Assembly: GCF_001194135.2 (NCBI RefSeq)
Contig: NC_068986.1
Coordinates: 66,558,567 to 66,611,029, forward strand
DNA: 52,463 nucleotides
Direction of reading: 5' to 3'
Source: Octopus bimaculoides
Taxonomy: Eukaryota
This document shows positions 23,584 to 38,423 of the stretch, in pieces. A program made the translations under genes and the position numbers. Under the pieces are notes generated by a model, which saw only the letters and a list, made by a program, of their open reading frames with translations, was not told the DNA's origin and did no database searches. Position 1 is the first letter of the stretch. Each line of letters opens with the position of its first letter.

Positions 23584-25201
23584 TATTTGGATAACGTACG
23601 GTAGAAAATAGTCATACACTCCTTTTTTGGTTTTTGGGTCAAATGTGTGCAAGCAGGTAATGGTTAGCAAACGCAGATAGCAATAGCATACGTGCTTTGT
23701 AATCTGGTACAAATGTTATTGTCACAGCAAGACTAAAGTTAATATTGAGCTACGAAAGTAAAAAGCTTACCTACGATTGCCTAGTGAAAAGCTGAAACTT
23801 AGAAGAGACTGAAAGGAGTTTTACTTCTGTTCTGGTAGCTAAAATGGCCGACCGATTACTGGACAGTGATTGGCCAAAACAACGTAGGTGACAAAAGATT
23901 GAAATCAGTATGTCAATAGTTGAATGAGCTATTATAAGTCCTATGGTATACATGTAAAGAAGACGCCTTTACGTGGTCGCCTGGTCTGCAAGAAATTATA
24001 TTCAAATCATCTTTATATACAACCCTACCGTTTTAATGACATGATAAACTTATGCGGAATATAATATAATATAATATAAAATTGGGAATATTCACAAATG
24101 GTCTAATGTATATAGTTTCGTGAATTTCACTTCATAGTTCTAGTGCCTTTAGAGCCGATTTCAAGTTTCTTGGTTTTAAAGTTAATAAAAATAAATACCA
24201 TCAACAAATTGTGGATCGATAAAATATCGGATCTTTCCAGACAAGGTACCAAAGGGAATCGACAAGTAAAAGCAAAAAAGTTAAGAAGAAATACCGAAAC
24301 ACATTTATATACAATAGTATCTCAAACAGAACATAAACCACTCGCACTCATACCCCCCCCCCCAAAAAAAAATCAACGCATAACTTTCCCCAAATTTTAG
24401 TCTGTTTTTTCTATTGAATACCGACTGTCCGACTTCATTGATATATTCAAATGTCACACTAGCTATCTATTATAGTGCAATTTCTACGACATTTCCTTTG
24501 AGAATATTTGCATAATTCACCATTCTTTGGTACCTGTCGAGCTATTTTCCCAGCGATGTTGTTCCAGTTTTTCTGTTTCATTGAAATGGTTGACACCTCT
24601 CTTCTTCATATTCTGACAGAAAAAAAAATGATTATACCTTCGAGAGTTCACTGTAAATAACAAGAAACTGGAAGGAACATGATGATGTTATGAGAAGGAA
24701 TGTGGCTTCAGTGATTCTAATCGACCCATCTTTAGTGATGTGGCAGCGTACACAATAAAGATTTTTTTTATATATGAGCACGAAGGCCTACTCTAAAATT
24801 CCTTATTATATACACTGTCAATTATAAGAGAGGAAACAGCCAATTCTACAATAACACCTATAATTGAATAAAATACAATTTTTATCGACTTCGGAAGGAT
24901 GGGTGGCAAAGTTAGTCGTGTCATAATTTGAACTCTGAACGTAAAGGGACGTGACTAAATATCGCAAGGTATTTTGTCTTACATGTTCCTAATGCTAAAT
25001 AATTTCTTACATAGGTACAAGACCAGTAATCTGGGGGAGGGGTATATTTGATTATATCTATTTCAGTCCATAAATGATACTTTATTTTAACGACCCCAAA
25101 ACGAAATGATTAAAGACAGTGTCTAAATACGGCAAAGTATTTTATCTGCTGTTCTTGTAATTCTGAAGATGCAATAATGACAATAATATATAATTTACGG
25201 T

Positions 25202-25327
25202 AAGGCGGTGAGCTGGCAGAGTCGTGAGCACGCCAGACAAAATGAATACCGGGTCAACTTTACCTTTCATCCTTTCAGGGTTGATATAATAAGTACCACT
25301 CCAGCACTGAGGTCGATGTAATCGACT
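25202..25327 (+). mobile_element. Family-1 SINE, internally deleted, abutting the RTE 5' end
   Basis: aaggcggtgagctggcagagtcgtgagcacgccagacaaaatg...gaggtcgatgtaatcgact. Confidence 0.8.
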
Positions 25328-25329
25328 AA

Positions 25330-28878
<3,549 letters not shown>

Positions 28879-29029
28879 GATGATTGGTGTTACAAAAGCA
28901 TAATTGTGATGTGGAGGAGTGAATCGAAGTCCAGTACATAATTAGTATAATTATCTATGTAGCCTGGTACTAAATGTTTTTTGGCATTGAGACAGATGTT
29001 CTACCGTTTCTGCCACGACGCAAATATTA

Positions 29030-29068
29030 ATAGTAGTAGTAGTAACAGCAGCAGCACTATCAGTAGTT

Positions 29069-29099
<31 letters not shown>

Positions 29100-29161
29100 C
29101 TACTTCTACTCTGAGGAGCAAATACTGCACCTCGTGGACAAACCCCCAAGGGCCTGTCAGT

Positions 29162-29217
<56 letters not shown>

Positions 29218-29220
29218 GCT
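29030..29220. repeat. (AGT)n / 53-bp RTE fragment / (ACT)n composite
   Basis: 29108-29160 matches RTE 27827-27879 at 45 of 53 positions. The flanking triplet tracts are mutual reverse complements. Confidence 0.85.
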
Positions 29221-29398
29221 CAGGTTTTCCAACTTACAGCAGTTGTAAGTCCTTATTAAAGTGTGTTAACATGATCCATTTAATACTATTGTTCAATATC
29301 TGAATCTGGAATTCCCACCCTCTTATCTATCGACTGGATCAATACTTCGTTGTCCTTTTTTAGCGTGTGTGCGCGTATGTGTGTATTTGTGTGTGCGC

Positions 29399-29438
<40 letters not shown>

Positions 29439-30212
29439 TTTTTAATAGTCTTAAAACAAAAGCCATTACCTCCGGAATTCTGTCAAATGATATTTTATTT
29501 TTCTCCGCCATTACACATACCTAATCTAACGACTTTCACGGTATTTGGAGTAATGACGTTTTTATAATGTTTGAGAAGATGTGAATCGAAAAAGAAAAAA
29601 AAAAGCGAAAAAATATAAATAAAGAAAAACTGAAGAACAACTTTGTCTTTGAGCTAATAGGATAATCCTTTTTGAAAAACCCTGGGTTGTTGTTACGCTA
29701 TGATGTTTTAATTTCCTTTGATTCTGTGCACATATTAAAAGTCACGGAGTTAACATAATCCTGCCTCTTTTTAAGGATAAACATTATAACTCGCAGCGGT
29801 TGTTGTTGGTTTTGTTACTGATGTTGTTTTTGTTGTCTGAGGGTTAAATGGTTTCAAGTAGAATATTGAGTGTTCAGGTTGTACAGCAAAAATTGACAGA
29901 CAATTCAACTTTCCAGTTACAAGCGGTGTAGATGGAAAGAGGATGGAAGCATGTTTCGCGGTTTCGTTTCCTGTATATAGCTATTTAATTTTGTTTCTGA
30001 CACCAATGCCTTTTGGAAAGAAATGAACTTCACAACTACAGTAATTTGCCTCTCCTCTGAGGTCAATAGAAGTATCATCAGTTGCTAGATACATTAGAGT
30101 GAATCAACTGATTTCATTTATCGATGGACTTTTAGAACGAATGATGCACTAATCTGTTGCTGTTTTTTTTTGTTTTTATTATTGGTGTCGTTATTATTAT
30201 TGTTGTTGCTAT

Positions 30213-30425
30213 GGCGGCAAGCTGGCAGAAACGTTAGCACACCGGGCGAAATGCTTCGCGGTATTTCGTCTGCCTCTGAGTTCAAATTCCGCCGAGGTCG
30301 ACTATGCCTTTCATCCTTTCGGGGTCGATAAATTAAGTACCAGTTGAGTACTGGGGTCGATGCAGTCGACTTAACCCCTGTCCCAAAATTTCAGGCCTTG
30401 TGCCTAAAGTAGGAAGGATTATAAT
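30213..30425 (+). mobile_element. Family-1 SINE, complete and little diverged
   Basis: ggcggcaagctggcagaaacgttagc (A-box-like), gagttcaaattcc (B-box-like), tail tttcaggccttgtgcctaaagtaggaaggatt. Confidence 0.92.
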
Positions 30426-30945
30426 TACTATTGTTTTTGCCTCTGTTCACAGGGAACTGAGCAGTCCTACGACCCACAGGTACTCTGCAGAACGACGAGA
30501 TGCGATGCACAGGTTCTTCCTATTTGTATACCGCTTGTATAAAGCTGAGAAAAATGCTAAGCACTCCATCATACAGCCTTAAATCGTATTTGTTGCAGCA
30601 CAACTGTTTGGACACATTGCACCCTCTACTCTGTCCACTTTATTTCTGTATACCAACAGACTCAGGTGATTACAACAGAAGCAGCAAGGTGGATACGACC
30701 AGTTATTGCTTCACCTTAGTCATAGTGTGCTACCAAACGCAGAATTAGAGAGGCTAGTGAGGCTATGTTGCAGCTATTTCTTTGTGCATGTGTCGTTTAG
30801 GAAATCTCTAATCGCAGGATGTGTTAGAAAGTATAGTTAAATCTTTCTTTTCTAATACGTTGTTGCGTGATTTAAAAAGATTTGCTTGCTATTTCTTGCA
30901 GTTCAAACGACTATGCGCGACCAATGTCATACGAACCAGCTACAT

Positions 30946-31327
30946 CAGTGGTTCTCAACAGGGGTCCACATTGTCCTTGAGGGTCCACATAAAATTTTGC
31001 TGTTAAAATTTATGCGCAATAAACTGGTTACGCACAAAATATTTTAACAATTTTTATTATACAATTCCTAATACCGTTTAATCATAAAAATATGACATTC
31101 GTTTATTCTTTTATTCTTTTTCTTGTTTCAGTCATTTGACTGCGACCATGCTGAAGCACCGCCTTGAAAGATTATTCGACCACGACGAGACTCGAACTCG
31201 CAATCTTGTGATTCGAAGTCAGACGCTTTATCGAGGACATTTTTAAGCATCAAATATTTAATAGGGTCCATTAAAGTAAAACAGGAATCAAGGGGGTCCA
31301 TAGACAAAAAATGGTTGAAAACTGCTG
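30946..31327. mobile_element. hAT/Charlie-type MITE carrying an internal retro-insertion
   Basis: cagtggttctcaac ... gttgaaaactgctg ends. Flanking 8-mers agctacat and agttacac match at 6 of 8. Confidence 0.75.
31177..31232 (-). pseudogene. trnR-UCG: 5'-truncated tRNA-Arg(TCG) copy
   Basis: The minus strand reads gataaagcg tctga cttcgaa tcaca agattgcgag ttcgagt ctcgt cgtggtcg: end of the D arm, anticodon arm with TCG (plus-strand 31214-31216, one stem mismatch), T arm and acceptor 3' strand. About 17 nt of the 5' end are missing. Confidence 0.8.
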
Positions 31328-33738
31328 AGTTACACAGTCAAACGGCTTCCTCGCATGGCATTGATCTACGGAAGTAACATTTATATCGTACAAACAATTT
31401 AGTAAGACATTAAACAGTGAACATGGGACATGATCTAAGCATCTTACGAACCGATTCCTCGGCGCGGTTTCATTTCCTGCTTCAAATAAATTTGTTTAAT
31501 TAACGCCAATATCAACTATGAGAAGGACATAAAGAACTAAAACTATCCTTCTTATCTTCCCGCAAATATAAGGCTTTTGTGAAAGATTTGAAATAATCCA
31601 ATACGAGTTAAAACAATACAGTATTAGTGTACGGAACTGTAGACGTAACAGTCAAGCTGTTGTTTTAGCTGAGTTTGCAGCCTTGGTCCAAATACTTGAT
31701 TAATTCCAATCTAGATCATATTTTTCATTAACACTGCTGAGAAAGATATGAATCTATGAATGTGTGCATTGTGCCAACGTAAGAGACCAGCATTAATTTA
31801 TATTGATTATAAGCATATATTAATATTATAAGCGCACATTAACATTAGCTAATATGATAATATAATAACATTTAACAGTTTCTTGTGCGTAATATATAAT
31901 TGCTTAAACTCGGTGACTATACTATCCATTAGTTTGCTATTACTTAATTGATGACCTTTCAATAATGCTTAAAAGGTCAGTTATCGAAGTCAGAGGTTAT
32001 GACTGAGTAACCACTGTATATAATTAATGTATAATATGTCGACCTCAAAGGGATAAAATAGTTGCAGGCATGACTGCAACGGTACAGTTCCACTTCGATT
32101 CCCTTGCATGGTACTTTGAGTAAGTGTCATCTACAATAGCACCAGGTTGATGAATACCACCTGAAAGGAATTTGCTAGACAGAAACTGTATGGAAATTCA
32201 TCTGGGGACCATTCCAGTTCTTGAGAGGGAGACTTAATTTGTCATTTAGTTTAACATTACCACAGTAACCTTTTGGTGCCATTACTGGAGTCCACTCTGC
32301 GGTAAGCATTCGGGGCAAGACGGTAGTCTGAGGATAGCTTCCTTCCTTCCTTCCTTCCTTCCTTCCACTAATCTCAGGCCCTGAAAAGGGTCGTGAGCTT
32401 TGTCCTTTCTCTGACTGGAATATAAGAAATCCTAATCAACATCGATGAGATTTTAGCATAAAACCAAGAGGTACGAAGTTAGATACTAGCATAATCCGTT
32501 GCTTTGCTACTTCTATTAACTAATTACTCTAACATGATTACGAATACTGGTTTCTATATTATCAAGGGTGTAACGTGACAAAAACAACTGAGCACAAGAC
32601 TATTCCTCTAAGTTTTGAGTTCAATTTCCACATTGCCTTCCATCAATCTTTTATCATGTGTACCAGTAATATGTTAGAAGCAAGTCAATAAAAAAATATC
32701 CTTTATTTGCAAATATACTAACTTGTATCAGTATAAAAAGCCAATTTTGGTTTGTATTGTGTCGGTGTAAAAGTTCTACGTCATAGAAGCAGGGGAAGTG
32801 AGGATTAGTTATGCCATGCCTTATTCAGTGAGATTAGCTATATAAGTCAAAGAAAAAGGATTCAGCTTGGAATCAAAACTAACTTGCAGACTCGGCTCCT
32901 CAGGAGCTTAATTCTTCCTCAAAGCTGCTCGTTATGTATTATTTATTAATACCTTCATGTAAACGAAGAATGAATTTTCGATTGCGCAATAATATCAGGT
33001 CTCATAGGTAATATTCTGCCATTATTAGTTAATTTCTTTCCCTATAGTTAAGACACAAGTGAATGAAAAAAAAAGCACAAAAAAAACAAAAAAAAAACAA
33101 GCAAAAAAAACAGACAGGCAAACAAACAACTCAGAATTGATTGTGTCTGCCAGAATATGAAGATTCTGTGAGTGAAAGGCATCAATTATATCAACCAACC
33201 AATCAGCTTGTCACATAATAATCAAAAATGATCTAATTTGCATTTTTATCAGCTTTCATTTATTATGCGCGTAATTCTTTAAACGTAGGAAGCTTGCCCG
33301 CATATTAATATACAATTAATGAGCTGGTTTCTCTTTAGTAATATATTGTATAAATATTCCTATTTTATTTTTACTGCTTAATATGCTATTTTGCAAACCG
33401 ATTTGCTATCATTCATATATCGTAGTAAAACGACAATTTCATACCGCGAGTTATATAATATAAGAGCATTATATAATTTACGTATGACACCTTAATGATA
33501 TTTGATATTAACATAAGTTAGGTGCATACACATTACATATGAAAGCAACTACTACTCTGAATCAACGCACAGTAAATACACTGTATGTTATAAGCGCGAG
33601 AATTGTATTGCATGCAGAGTACAGTTAAATGCATTTCTGGAAGTATTTATACGGTTATCGATTCGAAAGTTAACACACACTAAAATCGATTTCTTCTTCC
33701 TCTCAATTTGCCTTGCTTTTTTGAAACAACTGCTTCAG

Positions 33739-33793
<55 letters not shown>

Positions 33794-33814
33794 ATGTATA
33801 TAATATATTATATT

Positions 33815-33846
<32 letters not shown>

Positions 33847-34589
33847 GTTATACATGTCTTCCCGAAGACAAAGAACATTTTCTACATGCAACAGTACCGC
33901 AAACTGCTGCCATAATCTTCTTACTGGTGATGGCGACGACAACGTATCTGTTACTGTTACAGTTTCGGTCAGTTCTAGATGAGGCGATGTTTACAACAGT
34001 GGATACTTGTTAGCCCAATATTAGACAACAAAGAAAAAACTGAAGCATCGTTGGTGTTTGGTGTAGATTTGCTCCCTCTACATTTTTATGTTTCTATAAA
34101 TCTTATGTTGAGAAATCCTGCTTTCAACGTTGAAAGTAATACTGGCTCAATAGAAGCAAGGTTTACTAATGAGAAATGTATCAAAGTATATATTCATTAA
34201 TATGCCAGTTTTTGTGAGTAATAACATAGCTGATTACAGGTTTCCGTCGGGACAATCACTGGTTCATCGTATTTCTGACGGCAAGAGTGACAAGGCAGAG
34301 TCTAATCTACGAACTTTGAATAGCACCGGAATTTCGCCGATGTATACACTTTCCGCCGCTGAATGGTGTATGATATAAACACACACACAGATGTGCACGC
34401 ATACACACATATACACATATACATACGCACATGCGCATATATACATACACACATACGCATATACAAACACTATTTCTCTATGGAGAAACGGAGCTGACCG
34501 AGAAGAGGTACCTCCATGAATGGCTGCTCGTGGAGTGGCTTTCAGGATGTAGTTTAGCTATGAAAAAGGCTAAACAAAATAAAACACTC

Positions 34590-34830
34590 GCGGACCAACA
34601 GCTGTGGGTATATTCAAGGGAGACAAATGAGCAGGTAACACTTCTGATTGGCAAAAAAGTTCTCAATCAAGGTGACCGTGTTGGCCATCATATAAGACAA
34701 GTCCTAGCGTAGGGCAGCAGCTGAACCTGTTGCTGGTGGAAGATCCGAACAGTTTGGCCAACTGTGGTTATAGAACAGCTGCCAGTAATTCTGCTTTTGG
34801 CTTCTGTACTGCAGTACCCGCAGGTGAGTT
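34590..34830 (+). promoter_or_regulatory. Candidate promoter / first non-coding exon
   Basis: Reverse CCAAT (ATTGG 34647-34651), TATAAG at 34691-34696, three CAGCTG E-boxes, and CAG|GTGAGT donor at 34823/34824, all in non-repetitive, GC-richer DNA. Motif evidence only. Confidence 0.25.
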
Positions 34831-35149
34831 GGTAGCTAGGCGACATTCGACAATCAGCAATTGACACTCCATTGAAATTGACAGTTACCTCCTTTGTCGT
34901 ACGGTGGATAAAAGCCAGAATCAATCAAGTTAGTATTTTGTAGGTCGCAGTCGGTTCCCTCAATCATGCGGATGGTGCCCGTCAAATTCAAATTCTCAAA
35001 ATAAAAGCAAATGGAGCGGGACAATTTATAGGATCGAGAAACCGACGATGATACACGCACGCACATACGCACGAACACACACGCATACACACACATACAT
35101 ACATTTCAGGGTTCCATACTGTTTCAGTGCCCTCACTAGGTAGTTGTCA

Positions 35150-35510
35150 AACTGAGGTCAAGGTAGAAGACATTTTCTCCATGTGCCATGCATTGTCCTC
35201 GAACTCGGAATCATGCAGTTACAAATCGGACTTCTCAAGTACACAGCCATGCCTGCGAAGAATGAACTGAGTTTTTCGCCATCATAAAAACAGAAGACAT
35301 CACTATACATGTTTAGTTCTTGTTGATATATTTTAGAAACTCGGATCAGCTTTGATTGAGCAGATGTATAACGCAAGTGTCGAATTGGCAGAATCGTTAG
35401 AACATCGGAGAAAATACCTAGCTCTATTTGTTTTGGTTCTTTATGTTCTGATTTCAAATCCTGCCAAGGTCAAATTTTGCTTTTCATCGTTCCAGGGTTG
35501 ATAAAATGAA
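35150..35510. mobile_element. Divergent SINE pair: family-4 head on the minus strand (35150-35257) and family-1 on the plus strand (35375-35510)
   Basis: Minus: cgcaggcatggctgtg...gagttcgagg...tggcacatggag..tgtcttctac. Plus: gaattggcagaatcgttag...gatttcaaatcc. Confidence 0.7.
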
Positions 35511-36639
35511 GTTCAAGTCCAAGACGGTGAATTGCTGAGATTTTTACAGAATTGAGCAAAAATTAAAAATGTCGAGTGAAAAAAAAAATCTGAGATTGTC
35601 TATGTTAGTGTATGTTGTTTTCTTGGTGGCAAAACCGAGCAGATAAATGCGCGTAATTCTTTAAACTTAGGAAGCTTGGCCGTATATTAGTATACAATTA
35701 ATGAGTTGGTTTTTCATTATAACAGCTCTAGCTTTCTTTTAAATATTTGTATATAGTACCAACGCACTATTTTTTAAGATGATGTGAGGGAGATCTGGTT
35801 GTTATTTGTAGTCGGTTGTGTAATCTCGTGGAGACTTTCTCGTTGCTTCGTGATGAGCGGGAGAAATAAGAGGTAATACAATTAAATGCTAGAGTGAAAG
35901 TATTGAAAGACAATTAAAGACAACGTTTGTGCATTATTGAACACATATATACTGTTTTTATTGCTGATAAGGTGTATGAACCCGTTAGACAACTCTCCAA
36001 AAAATTTCTGCTTCCGCCTAACATTCATAGTTCAGTTTTGGATTGCTTCATATCTTTTAGATCGTTATGAAACATCACTGTTTCCAAAAAAAAAAAAAAA
36101 CTTTTACCCTTTCGTTACTATATTTCTAACTAAAATACATTGCCTATGCGTTTCAAATAAATATTGAAATAGTTATAAATTTACACTGGATTCATAAAAC
36201 AGCTATAACTTTTTAAAATTTATTTATTGATATATTCAAATTTGTTTTATACAATCTTTCACAGAATTTTTCTCACATAACTAGTCTTAACTCGGTTATT
36301 TAAATTTTGCTTAAATATTATCGTATAAAATGAAATATTAGCTATTATATTATATTATATTATACTATATTATATTATACTGTATTATTTTGTATTATAC
36401 TATATAACTTACTGAACGCCTATTATATATTGCAAAAATGCTCTTATTTCGTTCAGTTCGTCTACCTTTTTTCTTTGCTTATATTTTATGAAGAAATCCG
36501 CCTCCGTTATTATTATTTGGAACACATGAATTAGAACAAAAAAAAAAAAAAGTCTTGAATCATGAGGATGACTAGGTTTGATTACTTCAGAAAATTTTGG
36601 AAGAGAAATATTTCATACATCTATGGTCGGGCGCTGTAT

Positions 36640-36700
<61 letters not shown>

Positions 36701-37683
36701 TTCTCACTCTCTCTCTCCTTCTCTGTCTTACACACAGATTGCAGATACATGTATGGTGTGTATAATGAAGATGTATATTTACCTGTGTATCATCAGTGTT
36801 CTTTGTTCCTGAAAATGTGTATTTTGAAGATGAGTTAAAAGTAGTTTAACGAGGAAGTATTCGGTGATGATTTTGTTGTTTAACTCTAACTGGGTTGAGA
36901 TACCATCAAAAGTGTTCCAGTCGTGACCGTTACGTTTTTTTCCCTCGGCGTAATTTACTAAAGACCACATAATCCAATGTATTCTTTGTCCCATAGACAT
37001 AGAATGTGTCCTGAGGTAAATTTATCTACTATACCTAGCAAGCTGTGCGTTGGCAGTGGATGTCTGCAAGGATAGATTCTTGTAGTAAATATTTTGCATA
37101 TTTACGTCTTTATAAGTTCTGAGTTCAAAAGCCAATAACATCTACTTTCTCTCTTTCCATCAGAGTAATTGTATGTCCATTCCAAGGCCTAGTTCTTCTT
37201 GCGGTGTGACTTTGAGAGCTATGTAAGCGGTGAGTAAGTAGCCAGTAGGGCCTCCCATGAACGATGAACGAATGTCCCTCAGACGAAAAATAATACTTCC
37301 TACCATATAGACAGATACAGGTCAGTGAGCACATAGATAGATGTGCTAGGAACCTTAAACTAAACTTCCTGATTTTCACTTTTTATCAATGTTCCCAGAA
37401 CACCTCAGTGCTATTAGACCCAACACCGTTTGGAAATCGGTGTTGATTCAAAGTCAGTGATCAGCTCTGACGAAACCGGTATGACTTCAGCTTTCTATAA
37501 TGACTCATAATAATGATTTTTTTATATTACTTAAATCTACCTTAAATCATTTATTTGTATGTATATATTTTTGTTTTTATAAAAAAAGCCGTTACTTTTA
37601 TACGTAATGTGCATTTCTTTGTTTCTTTTTACTTTTCCCCTATTTATACCCCGTGATTCTTTTTTCTTTGAAACCTGTTTCTA

Positions 37684-37714
<31 letters not shown>

Positions 37715-38124
37715 CATACATACATACATACATACATACATACATACATACATACGTATACATAAGGCAATAAAGTGTTCCCTTGATGATCCATTGCGGT
37801 TAGGCATCCAAATGCACTTGGAACATCCAATGGTGAGTTCCAAATAACTGTAATGGTGAAATATACGTAAGAGTAGAATATTTACATTTCTGTTTGTCTT
37901 TATTTTTCACTATATGTATGTATACACTCAAACTTACACATACATACTTATATTAAGATTAAGAACCATCATTTCAATATCCATTTATTTACTCTTTCTT
38001 TATTAAGTACTTTAAATTGTGATCTTCCCAGTTTTTGAAAATAATAATATGCAACAACACACACACACACACACACACATACACACACACGCACACATAT
38101 ATATATATATTTATATGTTGCTGA

Positions 38125-38365
38125 GATGCTGAGACCTCCTTCGATCATGACTGACCATGGGATTGCACCTAGAAAGTTACTTTCCCAGGCACAAGTCCGG
38201 GCATGGTTGTTTATGGTAGACCAGCAGTCGCCCATGCATACCGGCCTCTCCTCTCCACGCCACCAGTGTTATCCAAGGGAAAGGCAAAAGCCGATACAGC
38301 TTGGCACCTGTGACGTCGCAACTCATTTCTACAGCTGAGTGAACTGGAACAACGTGAAATAAAGT
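38125..38365 (-). mobile_element. SINE family 3 (core shared with family 2, different tail), cut by the gap
   Basis: The minus strand reads actttatttcacgttgttccagttcactcagctgtagaaatgagt, followed by a tail unrelated to 20360-20541. Confidence 0.75.
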
Positions 38366-38375
38366 NNNNNNNNNN

Positions 38376-38423
<48 letters not shown>

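Noticed and set aside
37141-37235. Strong-looking acceptor (tctactttctctctttccatcag) and donors (at|gtaagc, gcg|gtgagt) defining a 59- or 66-nt exon
   Set aside because: The pyrimidine tract derives from a SINE remnant, the 66-nt version has stops in all frames, and no partner exons were identified.
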